Shown here piece by piece: positions 1 through 23,985 of a stretch of 64,000 nt of DNA (positions are counted from its first letter, which is position 1; every line of letters starts with the position of its first letter). The notes under the pieces were generated by a model. It was not told where the DNA came from, did no database searches, and saw nothing but the letters and a program-made list of their open reading frames with translations. The position numbers and the translations under genes are program-made. The stretch comes from Hormiphora californensis (lineage: Eukaryota; Animalia; Ctenophora), in contig CM035354.1 in NCBI GenBank assembly GCA_020137815.1, forward strand, positions 7,130,001 to 7,194,000, given 5' to 3'.

Positions 1-1030
1 ACATTACATCAAACCCTATCCTGGGCTAGCTCCAGACAGTTTGGGTCTTACCGACTGACAGACAACAGTGTAGGGACAGTATTTTCTGACTCATGCACAG
101 CTGAGAGGGTCGGGACACATTGTCAAGATTCAATAGCGAATGGAGTTGAGATCGTGTGTCTCGGCCCTTGGATTGTAAAAATAAAATAACATTGATTTAA
201 AAGGTTGCAAATGTAATGGATAACAGAGGGTAAAATTTACACAAAATATAACCACCCAACACTCTCTCACTACACAGTCACTGGTAAGCTTACTCGCTGG
301 TAAGACTCCAACAACAAATGAATCAACAACTGCACTAGCTATACAGGGACAATAAAACTCCTTGCACAATTCGATCCTAATAACTCATCTCTATCATTGA
401 AACTTTTTCACGCCCCGCATCGGACTTAATCGGGCAGAGTGTGACCACTGGTCAGTGACCAGTGGTCACTGACTCTAGGCAGGGGTCACTCATGAACGAT
501 CGCTCTAATTTCACATCACATTCTCCTCATAATTCATAATGATAATCTAACAGGGCCTGAACTCCAAGCCTAAAGGACTCCGAGTCTAAGAAGTCTTAAA
601 TTTAGGGCCAAGATTAGGGTCAGATTTAGGGCTACGATTATAGAAAGTTGTATGGATATAGTTAGGGTCAAGATTAGACAAAGAGTCCGTTTTGTTTGAG
701 ATTCATAGACTTTTAGACCTAGAGTCCTTTAGACCTAGAGACCTAAAGCCAAATCAAATATTTTCATCCCTCACACAGCTTCTTTACACAATCAATACAG
801 TTTTTACATTCTCTTTACATAGTAAAATTATAATGCTCTGGTAAAATCTCCGGAGACTCGATCCAGCTAAGCCCTCCCCGGACTCTGCTAGTATAGAAGT
901 CAGTCGCCCCCAGATCCTCCTCGCTTTTCTCCGATCAGAAAGTATAGCTGCATATATATGACGCTCTAGCTCTCTCCGTTCAGTTCTACTGAGTCACGTG
1001 ATATCATGACGTCACACTATGATGACGTCA

Positions 1031-13900
<12,870 letters not shown>

Positions 13901-15204
13901 CTGAAACAGAGTGTTACAATTGTCAAACACACCGCCAGTTACCAAGCGTCATTTTACCGTTTTTACAACTTTTTAAAATCGTTGTAAAACGAGCGCGCAG
14001 ACTGTGGAGCCCACGCGCAACAGCACCAACTCAAAGACCGCAATGTAGCTTCGATACAAGCGAGCATTCGCGCGTTCCAGACAAGTCACGCCCGCAGTTT
14101 GATTCTGAGCTGCCGCAGGAGTCTCTCAGAGACACCTGACAAGCTCCTCCTGCAGCTTTATAGGGGGTCCCCAGCCGTTATCTCTAGTAATAGTCATACA
14201 ATGCGTGACAAGAGGCCGCATCATGTTCACTCAAATTAGTATCCAGGTGGTGTGTTCATATTGTATCCATGACCACTCATTCGACATTCTCTACTTCCAA
14301 TCTCTGCTGCAATCTGCAGCTGGATCACTAAAATCTCCATCTTTCTCCATCATTTCAACTCCATTTCACTCATTTTCTAAGGATCACGTACAAGGAATAT
14401 GTGTATGAACTCATTTTCTAAGTAATCACTTCTTCTTCATATTTAAGTTCCCACGCGAGACGATTCAAGTTCTGAGTGAACTTCAGCTGGCCTCTCTCTC
14501 TCTCAGACTAATTCCCTCTCTCCCAGACTAACTTTTCTCATCCCTACATACCAGTAAGAGTGCAATGAGAGATTGAGATATCTTGGACTTCCGTAAAATA
14601 CTTTCTGACGTCGTCTTTTCTGAAAGGAAGCTATGGTAAGCAGACAAAACCACAAACAAGCATCAACACTATTTTAATAGCTTCCCATCAACTTCTTAGT
14701 TTCAAAATGTAATTTGTTTTATTATACAGTGTCAGAAAGTTTGCATATAATCTCCGTTTTAACGCATTCCTAGAATAAAATGGAGATTTTATTATAATGT
14801 CATTCATTCCTTTCCTCTCTCGTGACGAAACATGTAAATATTTTCGGCCATAAAAGTGTTTCCTCCAAGACCCAAGGACCAACTAACTAACTATTCATAG
14901 TCCTAACCAAATGAAAAGGACAATATATTACCCCTTCTATTATATTCCAAACCCCCTCTAGCTATAATATTATGGTCCTAAATATAATATGCGGTACATA
15001 TACCCACAGGCCACATAACAATAAATCATCGTTAGACCCCCCTCTCTCTCCCCCCCCTAAAACAAAGAGAGAAATAAAATGATAATTACAACGGACGAAC
15101 ATACAAAAACTGTACTTTATTCTATTAGTTAGTACCGGCTACATAACATTTCACTCTCTGTTCAGGGTTACTGTAATTGTAGTTAGAGAGACCGCACAAC
15201 AGGA

Positions 15205-15312
15205 TACATGTTTGTATTATATTTTCGCATAAATAAAGTAATTAAGTGCTAAAATGTTGTACATGTTTGTATTATATTTTCGCATAAATAAAGTAATTAA
15301 GTGCTAAAATGT
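15205..15312. repeat. ~55-bp tandem duplication
   Basis: TACATGTTTGTATTATATTTTCGCATAAATAAAGTAATTAAGTGCTAAAATGT twice in tandem. Confidence 0.9.
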
Positions 15313-15400
15313 ACACATTGTATTGGATACATACTATCTGGCCTAATGAAGTGAGAAGAGAGAGAGAGGTGGACATTATATTCATAATATATTAGGGCAC

Positions 15401-15845
15401 ACTAGATCCAAAAACCAAACAAGTTTGGTGGATAGCCGGGGCCGCAGAAATTAAAAAACGTGCGAAAGTTTTGATACATGAACTTTCGGGGCCTGGGGTG
15501 CTGTTAAATTCGCGTTTCCATGATTATAACCAGCAACATTTTCAAACTATACGCCAGGAAAACTATCGCAATGATCAAATTATCATTATTTTTTATTCCA
15601 CATTATCATACATATGTACAGATCCACACATGTCACATATAGTGCAGTGTGCACAGTGGGTCGTTTCAGAGTCTGTTTTACAGAATAATATTATAATAGT
15701 GTTTTGAAAGAACGGCTGATTATCATGGAAACGCGAATTTAACAGCACCCCAGGCCCCGAAAGTTCATGTATCAAAACTTTCGCACGTTTTTTAATTTCT
15801 GCGGCCCCGGCTATCCACCAAACTTGTTTGGTTTTTGGATCTAGT
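15401..15845. mobile_element. Foldback element with 124-bp inverted arms
   Basis: 15401-15524 is the reverse complement of 15722-15845 (ACTAGATCC...GGATCTAGT); ~200-bp unique loop; no TSD seen. Confidence 0.85.
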
Positions 15846-15959
15846 ATCAGGCATTTTGTTATACTATGACATGCATTTTGTAATACTAGCTGAATTTAAT
15901 AAACGTGCGGATTGGGGATTCACGGCCATTTTCTATCGTAGGTAGCCTCATAATAATCA

Positions 15960-17380
15960 CAGATATCCAATCTCGGTTATCAATTGCGAATAACTAATAT
16001 GATAGTAATTGCAGACAACCAATCGCGGATAGCTGATCACGAATCCGTTATAAGTTATCGCGATTAGTTTAAGTTATCGCGATCATTAGCTATCGCGATT
16101 AGCTATCTGCGATTAGCTATCGCGATTAGCTATCTGCGATTAGCTATCTGCAATTGGTTACTAATATATTACTTATTCGCGATAAGTTATCGTGGTTAGT
16201 TATCCGCGATTACTAATATTTATTGGTTATCAGCGATTGATATCCGCGATTGGTTCTCCACGATTGACGATTCTGCTATGATTTTGATTATCATTCACGG
16301 ATAATGATCACGGATAAGCATTGGTAATAAGATATATCTGATACAATGAGGTTCTAGGTGCTAATTCGCTCTTTTCTCGGTGGTTTTTAAAATCGTCTTA
16401 TGTTTAAGACAGTCATAACTCTAGATATGACTACCAATTATAGCTGAAAATGCGGCAGTAAACTTAATTTTATAAAATAAATCTGATTCAATGTTAATTT
16501 CGACTCTGAATCGCTTCATTCTATGTGTTTTTAAAATCGTCTTAAATTTAAGACAGTCATAAATCAAGATATGACTACCAATAAATATCTGATAATACAG
16601 TAATTGACCTACTTTGGCAAAATATAAATGATAAAATCATGATTTATAGTTTAATTTGCTCTTTTCTAGGTTTTTGTGAAAATCGTCTTAAATCTTAACA
16701 TAGTCAGATGCCCGTAACTAAAGAACCGTAACTCGGATTTGCTTGAAATTTTGAACGTGTGTTCAAGATGTCAAGGCAACACCACGTACCAAGCGGCGTA
16801 TTCGTAGAACGACGGGAAGGCTGTCTTAGACGCCAAAGAAAACTTAAGACAGTCATAACTTTTGTTATGACTGTCCGTTTTCTCTGTCCAAGCTTTAATA
16901 CAAGGTACACCACTAGACCTACCGACTCCCAAAGTTTAATGGCGATAGCTTTAAAACTGTGGCCTCTATTGTGTACGCAAAAAAGTGGTTATTTTACGGT
17001 CGTTCGTGACGCGAAAAACGGACATTTTGTCTAAAATACGACCCTCTGTAACGTAAAAACCGTAACTCCGATTTGCATGAAATTTTAAACGTGTGCTCTA
17101 GGTGTCAAGGCAACACGAACTACCAAGCGGCAAGTTCGTAGGACAACGGGAAGGTTGTCTAAAACAAAGTTGAAATTGCCGATTTCAGACAATAAGTATA
17201 GTAGCGCTGTCAAAATTTTCAAAAATTTTCAAAAAATTCAAAAATTTTTTTTCCGCATTTTCGATTTTCCATTCACTGGAAGCAAGAATGCTTGGAAAAT
17301 GGACATTTCTAAGGGAAGGATGGTTGGGGGGAGGGAGGATTGGGCCCCGGGCGCTTGCCAGCGCTATGATAAAGTATAAA
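15960..17380. mobile_element. Non-autonomous composite repeat (possibly Helentron/HINE-like)
   Basis: Internal (ATTAGCTATC(T)GCG)n array at ~16050-16260, ~120-bp subrepeats at 16380-16700, and duplicated blocks 16715-16830/17050-17165. Ends near the GCGCTTGCCAGCGC hairpin (17351-17364), also seen at 54598 and 54878. Confidence 0.5.
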
Positions 17381-17392
17381 CTCAGATCAAGG

Positions 17393-17480
17393 CTGTCAGG
17401 CCAATGCTCTGACCACAGTTCTCGCGAGCTCTGCTTTATTTGAAAGAAATGAGAATAGCATCAGGCCAATGCTCTGACAG
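17393..17480. mobile_element. 88-bp mini element with 8-bp TSD
   Basis: CTGTCAG...CTGACAG flanked by GATCAAGG on both sides; partial copies at ~3370-3409 and ~12926-12960. Confidence 0.85.
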
Positions 17481-18148
17481 GATCAAGGATATATTGCCGA
17501 CACCCCGTACAAATAACACTGCACCCATATATTTTGGTTTGTTTGTTGGTGTGTGAGTGTGGTTACTGTGGTTATAAGGGTGAATAGACTCACTGACCAC
17601 TGTTAGCTAGGGAGTCACGGCTAGTGAGCAGAGAAATAAAGTAACTCAATTTTAAATCGAACTAACATCTTACTCTCTCTCTCTTTCTCTCTCTCCTACC
17701 AACTCGAGATCTTTCTTTTAATTTAATCTCTACTTCCCTTTTCTCTGCAGCCTATAAATATATGAACACGGAAATTAGAAGGAACACACAGATTTTCGAT
17801 TGAAGTAAGGTGGTTACTGGTTAGGAGTGATAAAATATAGAAGTGGCTAGAGAAGCTGTTGGAAAAAGAGCAACATGTCATGGTAGCCACACTAAAAAAT
17901 CACGAGAAATAGCACCATTTTGAAATTCGAATCTATCCTAGATCTTCGTTGAGAACTTGGGTCTGACCGCTAGTACAGCAGCATGTCAGTTTATGGGTGT
18001 GTCAGTGTATAATGGTAGTGCAGGACACAGGTATTATTCTCTTTTCTGAAACAAGTCAACTGATCACAGGTGGTGACAAGTAACTTTATGTTATGTGACT
18101 ATCAACATACCAACTTGCAGTTTAGATACATTGTACCCGCGTCTCATC

Positions 18149-18195
18149 TTGTTGAGTAAGAGGTGAGAGAACCTCCTCCACCCCTTAGTCAACAA
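18149..18195. mobile_element. 47-bp micro-MITE (TTGTTGAGTAAG ends)
   Basis: Inverted ends TTGTTGAGTAAG...CTTAGTCAACAA flanked by GTCTCATC direct repeats; related element at 48720-48756. Confidence 0.65.
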
Positions 18196-18769
18196 GTCTC
18201 ATCTTGAGTTGGGTGAACCAAAATACAGACAAGTATGACACATGACCTTCGAACCAACACCCAAATACATTTTTCAAGGCAGTAAATCATATAACTATGG
18301 TATCTAAATATCATGTAATTACTTACCCTGCTGTCCGAGCATTCGTAGAACTTTCCCCGTCGCTTGAGAGACACTATCGACTCCTTTCTCGTCCAGACCA
18401 ATCCCTGCACTCCGCTCAATAACTTGCAGCAACCCAGATACCCGAGAACTGTAATAATTGGAACTAAGGTTAGTAGAACGTGGTGTAACAAGTCGCGTGT
18501 GATACAGTTTGCGAACACGTGCATGTCTTCCCGACCCCAAGGCCCAAACTCGATTCGGTGATCGTTCAAAGATGTGGTGGTGCACGGTTGGAACGTTTGG
18601 TAACCGTTAATATTAGAGCAGTGCAAGTGAGCTGACGGAAGTTCGATAATTCAAGGATTGGGTGAATTGCATAAAACAAATGTGTTCCCCCAGGTACATT
18701 CCGGACAATAACATTGAACTCACCTGCTGGGCTTAGGGTTGCTCATTCTTTAAATCTCCGTGTCGAACT

Positions 18770-19420
18770 ACATGGTATAGCAATACGCTGATAATTCTAT
18801 AGGAGGGGAGTAGAGAGTTACTTGGAAGATTGTTCATGTGTTTGTTGGAGCAATGTTTAGATAGTGACAGCAGGAAAAGCATACGCTGGGGCGTTATCGT
18901 TTCTGACGGGTGTAAAACGAAGAATCAAGAAACTGTATCAAAATATCACAATGAGTGATGAATTTCTGGTAATTCTATGATCTACAAACAATTTCATTTT
19001 TGCAACTAATTGCTCGCAACAACCGGAGCAACTTCAAAACACAACGTACTAAAAGCACTAAAAAAGAAGCAATAAAAAAGAAGTGATTTAATAAAGTAGC
19101 CCTAGATCTAAGAAAAGTCGTGAAACTTTGGCTGGGGAAGGCTGTGCAGCGTAGGCACGTCTGATAATTACACTAGTCAAATAATTGGTCTCTCGAGAGT
19201 CTCGTCCGCATTCCCAAAACGAGTACCGCTATGACAAGTAAGAGTGGATTTAGTAGAAGTCCAAACTCCAAAGAGGAATGATGCGGGGATGTGGACGGTC
19301 CGGATACAGGAGAGGGAGTCCAAGAAAGGATAATATGCAGAAGGAGGGACCCAAGGCCAAGGGAGGGCACAATACAAATGCCCAAATTAGAAACAAATCT
19401 GGATTTTGATCTTTTTTCAG
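18770..19420 (+). mobile_element. Possible decayed LTR-retrotransposon gag relic
   Basis: PBS-like CA|TGGT at ~18772. Broken-frame fragments RYRF..NQETVSKY (~18892-18950) and RGCGRSG..PKAKG (~19280-19365) resemble Gypsy gag and its zinc-knuckle region. Many stops. Confidence 0.25.
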
Positions 19421-20076
19421 TATGAACTGTTTCAGCTACTAGATATGTATAGAATAACCCATATCACAGCTGCGGTAGTCCCCATTCTTAGACGAAATAG
19501 ACGATAAATTCTAAAATGAAAAATCTGAAAACATATAAGTTTCAAAATTTGGAACGAATTTTCTGAATTTGAAAACGTTTTCAAAACTGAATTAATATGC
19601 CGCGCGCAGCGCGGCACCCTCTACGCAACGTAGTCTACAGTATAGCGCGCCATGCAACGAAGTATGCGGACGGCTCACTTCTGAAAACAAATTTAAAAAT
19701 TAAAAAGCATAATTTACTCAAGTTAACACCAAGAGAAACATGGAAAAGGTGAATATAAATCATGGCCTACATGGCCTATATAATATAAATATCATCACAC
19801 CGCCTCACTTTCTCGTCTTTTCAGTTTTCAATATCAGCATCATTGACACTCATTTTGATTCCCACAAAAACACTGTCACTGACACTGTGTAAATGGACCG
19901 ATATGATATTTTCCTTTATAATATAGTTTTATTTTGGCGTGCAAAATCCAAATCCAAGCTTCTGAGAACTGAACATACCAACGCATGAGTCCCAAACTGT
20001 TCCCCACAACGTCAATCACATGGAAAATACACTGAATACATCGCACAGTCACACACACACACATAGAAAGAGTCTT

Positions 20077-23000
20077 TCATGAAGTAGTCGAGAGGGTCTT
20101 TGTAGCGGCGCTTAATTTACTAGAAATATCATAGTTCGGGAGGATAACTCTAGTAAAATCCGGATGAAGACAAGGCACCGGCAGCTTGACGTATCCCTGG
20201 AGGAGAAAGGAATCAGAGCTAAAATGATAAAACTTGTTTTGTTATATTCTAACAGAGTCTATCTATATACTATATACTAGGCAAAACTTGTTATAACAAA
20301 CAAAAAACAAAATAATCTTACCAGTGGGTAGGTTTTGAAGACGCGTCTCATTTTATTTTTCCCAGTTTTAGATTTCACCTCTTCATAAAACTCGTGTGCA
20401 ACATCATCATCTTCATCCTTCGATAGAGAACTGGAGGGATAGGAGATAAAGTTAGGGTAACTGACGATAAAGGAGATTTAAAAGATATCTACAGACTAGG
20501 GAGAGATGTAGAGTGTAGAGGAGAAAGGAGAAAGTTAGAGGATTTGGGAGAGTGGTAGGGGACTGTGAGGAGAGAAGAATATGGGATATGAGAGAGCGCT
20601 AGATAGTTAAATAGTAAATACACCCAGGTAGTAGAGAATCAATTGAAGGACATTTTGCCTCATCTAGATAACCTCACGAAACAACGGGGAAGACGCTATG
20701 TATACCTCCTCTCTGCACCCTTCTCTCTTCTCCCTCCCACCCCTCAATTTTATTTCCTTACACACGCTATCTTTTGTAATTTGTATCTGATACACTCTGG
20801 GGCTAATACTATTTTTGTGAGTAGAACTCACCCTACTACACCAGTATACAGTATACACCCTACTATAACACCACACCAGTCTACAAAATAGTTTCTCTAC
20901 AGACCAGTGGTATGAGGGTGGTAGTTCGCTTGCTTCGCATCATTTCCACGATCAGCCTCCTACTCCTTGTCCTAGTTCTGCTACAATTAACAATACCCAG
21001 ATCAGATCAGGTAACACTCGTCAACTCTGATAGTTTTCACGCCGAAACAGTTAACTCTTTTCGGGCCCGGTTACTAAAAGAGTATGAACACAAAGAGGAA
21101 CTAAAATCGTTAAAAAGAGGAGGATTGGCCGAAAATGAACAATTTTACCACCGTAATCTTACAATACAACTATCTCAGCGGCCCCTACTTCCACCTCCGT
21201 TTCCAATACACCATGTAGAGTGCATGCGACACCTGGAAACTCCCTACCCCAACTCGGTCTCTATTGTCATTGTGTTCTATAACGAGCTCCCTGCGCTGCT
21301 TATGCGAACTCTGACAACCCTTATCCAGCGGACTCTACCTCGATACCTCACCGAGGTTATTCTAATAGACGATGGGAGTGAGGTAGACATCTCGGAGGAG
21401 ATTCTCAACTACTGTAAATCTCAAGGAATCACAGTCAAGTGGGTTAGGAACGAGTACAATATTGGAATTGCACGGTCTCGGCGGAATGGAATTGAGATGG
21501 CATTAGGAGATACAGTAGCCTTGCTAGACAGTCATATGGAGTTGAATTTTATCTGGTTGGAACCTCTTCTTGATATCATTAAAAGGAAACCCAGGGCAGT
21601 GGCAGTCCCTAATATAGGAATGATATTAGAGGATGGATACCACTCAAGATATCCTTTTGATAGAAACGTTATTACACTCCGTTACACCTTTGGTATGGTT
21701 TTTGTTAACTTTCAAGATGGAATAACAGAGGCTGCCTGGGAGCCCTATGCCTCATCTGCCCTTCTTGGTGGGGGTATAGTTGCCCTCAAATCCACCCTCC
21801 TAAAGTACTATCCTGTCCCTGTGTTGACAAGTAACAAGTGGGGTGTAGAAAACAACAGGTTGTCCTATAGGGCCTGGATGTGCGGGGAGGGTGTTTGGAG
21901 TAATGACTGCAGTAATGTTCTTCACCCTAACGGTCAGGATTCTGATCTAACTCGATATGATCTAGACTGGGATTATCTCAGATCGGAAGTAGTTGGGGAG
22001 TTGTTGAATTTCTGTCCTGATATGAAATCCAAGAAGAAACTATTGGCTAAGACGAGTAATCACCCTGAAGTTCACCAAACTATGATCCAATACGCGGAGG
22101 AAATTCAGGAACAACCCAGTTTGACCCAGAAGCTGAGAAATGCCACTCTAACTACAATTGGTATGTGTACAATGTACACAATGAGTATATCAGCTTATGA
22201 GTCTGATCAATTTGATTTTGTCGGCGAGGTTATATCTGTGTCTACCGCCTTGTGCTTAGATAGTGGTGGTTATAACAGGGAGGTGGGGTTATACAGCTGT
22301 CGAACAGACCCCCTTACCGTCATGGATAATCATCTGATTGGATTTACCAAAAATGGTAAAGTTATGATGGAATACGATTGTTGGGACACATTTTGGAATT
22401 TTGAACCAGGATCCCCGGTAAAGATCAGTATGTGCCACGAACATGAACCGATAAAGGGGTCCCCTGGGGATGCCCAAGCATTCAGATATGACCCGTCTCT
22501 CCAGTGGATTAGGAATGGACCCTCAAATAGGTGTCTGACGGTGTCAGATCCTTTTAGTCATAGACCCGGGTTGGAGCCGTGTGAAGTTGGTAATGTTAGG
22601 CAGAAGTGGACTATAAAGTTGGCTCCCTGGTTTGAACCTTGATGTTTTTATATGTCTAGAGTTGTGTGCCTGTTGCTAATGTTGAAATTTGTGTTGCCGT
22701 AAATTAAGATTCTTTCCTTTGAACCTTGAACAACTTGTGAAGTAACGAGTACTCTTAATTAGACAACACCTAAAATTAAACGACAGTCGACACCGTACCG
22801 AAGCAAATGTTCTAAATTAAGATCGTACCCGGCAGGCAAAATTTCCAAGAAGAGCTGGTGTATAGAATTACCGTAAAATCTGCGAAATTACTATCCGAAC
22901 TCTCGTGCGCTTTGTGCTGACAATGTCTCACTTCAATAGAAATGAAACACCGCGCGCTACGCAAATAACAGCCTCCCAAATTCTGGAGCAAACACACACA

Positions 23001-23265
23001 CGTCTTGTTTTATGTTACTTCTGCTCAGTTTACTCTTTCTATCCAGACTCAACAAACAAGAACAAGTTTACATTCAACCCATCTATCAGATCCATACTCC
23101 CCCGATGGCCAGAAAATTTAAAACTCCTGGCTGAAAATGATTGTTGTTTAATTACCTTTTTCTCTCTCGGAGGACTACTGCTGAGTTACTGCCTGTGTAT
23201 TCTGTCCCTGTTCCCCGTAGGTAATTAGCTGTCTTTTTATACAAATGGCTCGCCGAATTACCCAT
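20077..23265 (-). CDS. TUSC2: Tumor suppressor candidate 2 (FUS1) homolog, 112 aa, 3 coding exons
   Basis: Exons 23265-23156 (MGNSASH..., MGxxxS myristoylation motif), 20430-20322 (SLSKDEDDDVAHEFYEEVKSKTGKNKMRRVFK) and 20196-20077 (GYVKLPVPCLHPDFTRVIL..stop). Phases 2/0 are consistent and match the TUSC2 signature DEDGDLAHEFYEE..KLRRV..GIVKL..IHVDF. Absent from the ORF track. Confidence 0.92.
20912..22642 (+). CDS. Polypeptide N-acetylgalactosaminyltransferase-like (GT27), intronless, nested in the TUSC2 intron
   Basis: N-terminal TM anchor; VSIVIVFYNE..LMRT; EVILIDDGS; LLDSH (DxH); WLEPLL; WGVEN..LSYRAWMCG; C-terminal ricin-B lectin (CLD, CWD, CL..Q.W). Confidence 0.92.
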   Translation: MRVVVRLLRIISTISLLLLVLVLLQLTIPRSDQVTLVNSDSFHAETVNSFRARLLKEYEHKEELKSLKRGGLAENEQFYHRNLTIQLSQRPLLPPPFPIHHVECMRHLETPYPNSVSIVIVFYNELPALLMRTLTTLIQRTLPRYLTEVILIDDGSEVDISEEILNYCKSQGITVKWVRNEYNIGIARSRRNGIEMALGDTVALLDSHMELNFIWLEPLLDIIKRKPRAVAVPNIGMILEDGYHSRYPFDRNVITLRYTFGMVFVNFQDGITEAAWEPYASSALLGGGIVALKSTLLKYYPVPVLTSNKWGVENNRLSYRAWMCGEGVWSNDCSNVLHPNGQDSDLTRYDLDWDYLRSEVVGELLNFCPDMKSKKKLLAKTSNHPEVHQTMIQYAEEIQEQPSLTQKLRNATLTTIGMCTMYTMSISAYESDQFDFVGEVISVSTALCLDSGGYNREVGLYSCRTDPLTVMDNHLIGFTKNGKVMMEYDCWDTFWNFEPGSPVKISMCHEHEPIKGSPGDAQAFRYDPSLQWIRNGPSNRCLTVSDPFSHRPGLEPCEVGNVRQKWTIKLAPWFEP

Positions 23266-23404
23266 ACATAACCTGGGGGAAGGAGTGGGGCGGTGTTAGC
23301 ACCATCTTCCTTGGAAACTCAGCGAAGAAAGAGACAGCGGAACTCAGAAGGCAGCAGATTTGTTTTACAAACGAACACTTTTGTTATGTTCTAACCCTCC
23401 TTAG

Positions 23405-23532
23405 AGGGAGGATCGAACAAGGGAACGGACAGTGGACACCTTACCTCAAGGCTGGGGAACGTAACCACTGTGCTACATCCCTTCATCTCAGCCCCTCACG
23501 GGGCTGAGACAGCCTCTACGAAGAAGAAGAAG
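23405..23532 (-). mobile_element. tRNA-derived SINE-like fragment
   Basis: Minus strand A-box TAGCACAGTGG and B-box GTTCGATCC without a full cloverleaf; adjacent hairpin TCTCAGCCCC..GGGGCTGAGA and (GAA)n. Confidence 0.5.
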
Positions 23533-23985
23533 GACACCTTACCTTAAAACGTAGTAACTAAGGATGGCACCACAAATGTAGATAAAGATTGGAGTTGTGT
23601 ACTCGTTGTTGTAGAACAGGTACTCAATGTCCGCTGGACAAGTGGGAGGGGATGGGGGTGTGATAAGATCTGTGAATGTGAGTGGTGTGCAGTATCGTCC
23701 ACGGGAGAGTGCCCCCTCAAACATACATCAACTAGATTAGGGGAGGGGAGGGGTTAGATAGGAGGGGGGTGGGAAGGTTAGATAAACTAAACAGTTAGGG
23801 GAGGATATATTGGGGATTCGATTGATGAGGGCAAGGGTGGCTAAGGCCAAATAAAACAAACACTCTAGAAATATGTTTCTCTATTTTAACACCACAAAAA
23901 CATAAATAAGTTAGATCAGCGCCCAAATATATCAATCCGCCCCAAAGGTTGTGACGTGGCCGGTAAGGAGATAAAGTGACAGTAT

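Noticed and set aside
13901-14420. First coding exons of CCP1
   Set aside because: Exon-like sequence is present, but I could not assemble a consistent frame or start; left unannotated.
18189-18626. 145-aa minus-strand ORF and overlapping ORFs as a gene
   Set aside because: No recognisable domain and no consistent exon chain could be built; lies beside a possible retroelement relic.
23405-23481. Functional tRNA gene
   Set aside because: A and B boxes are present, but there is no proper acceptor or anticodon stem; SINE-like.
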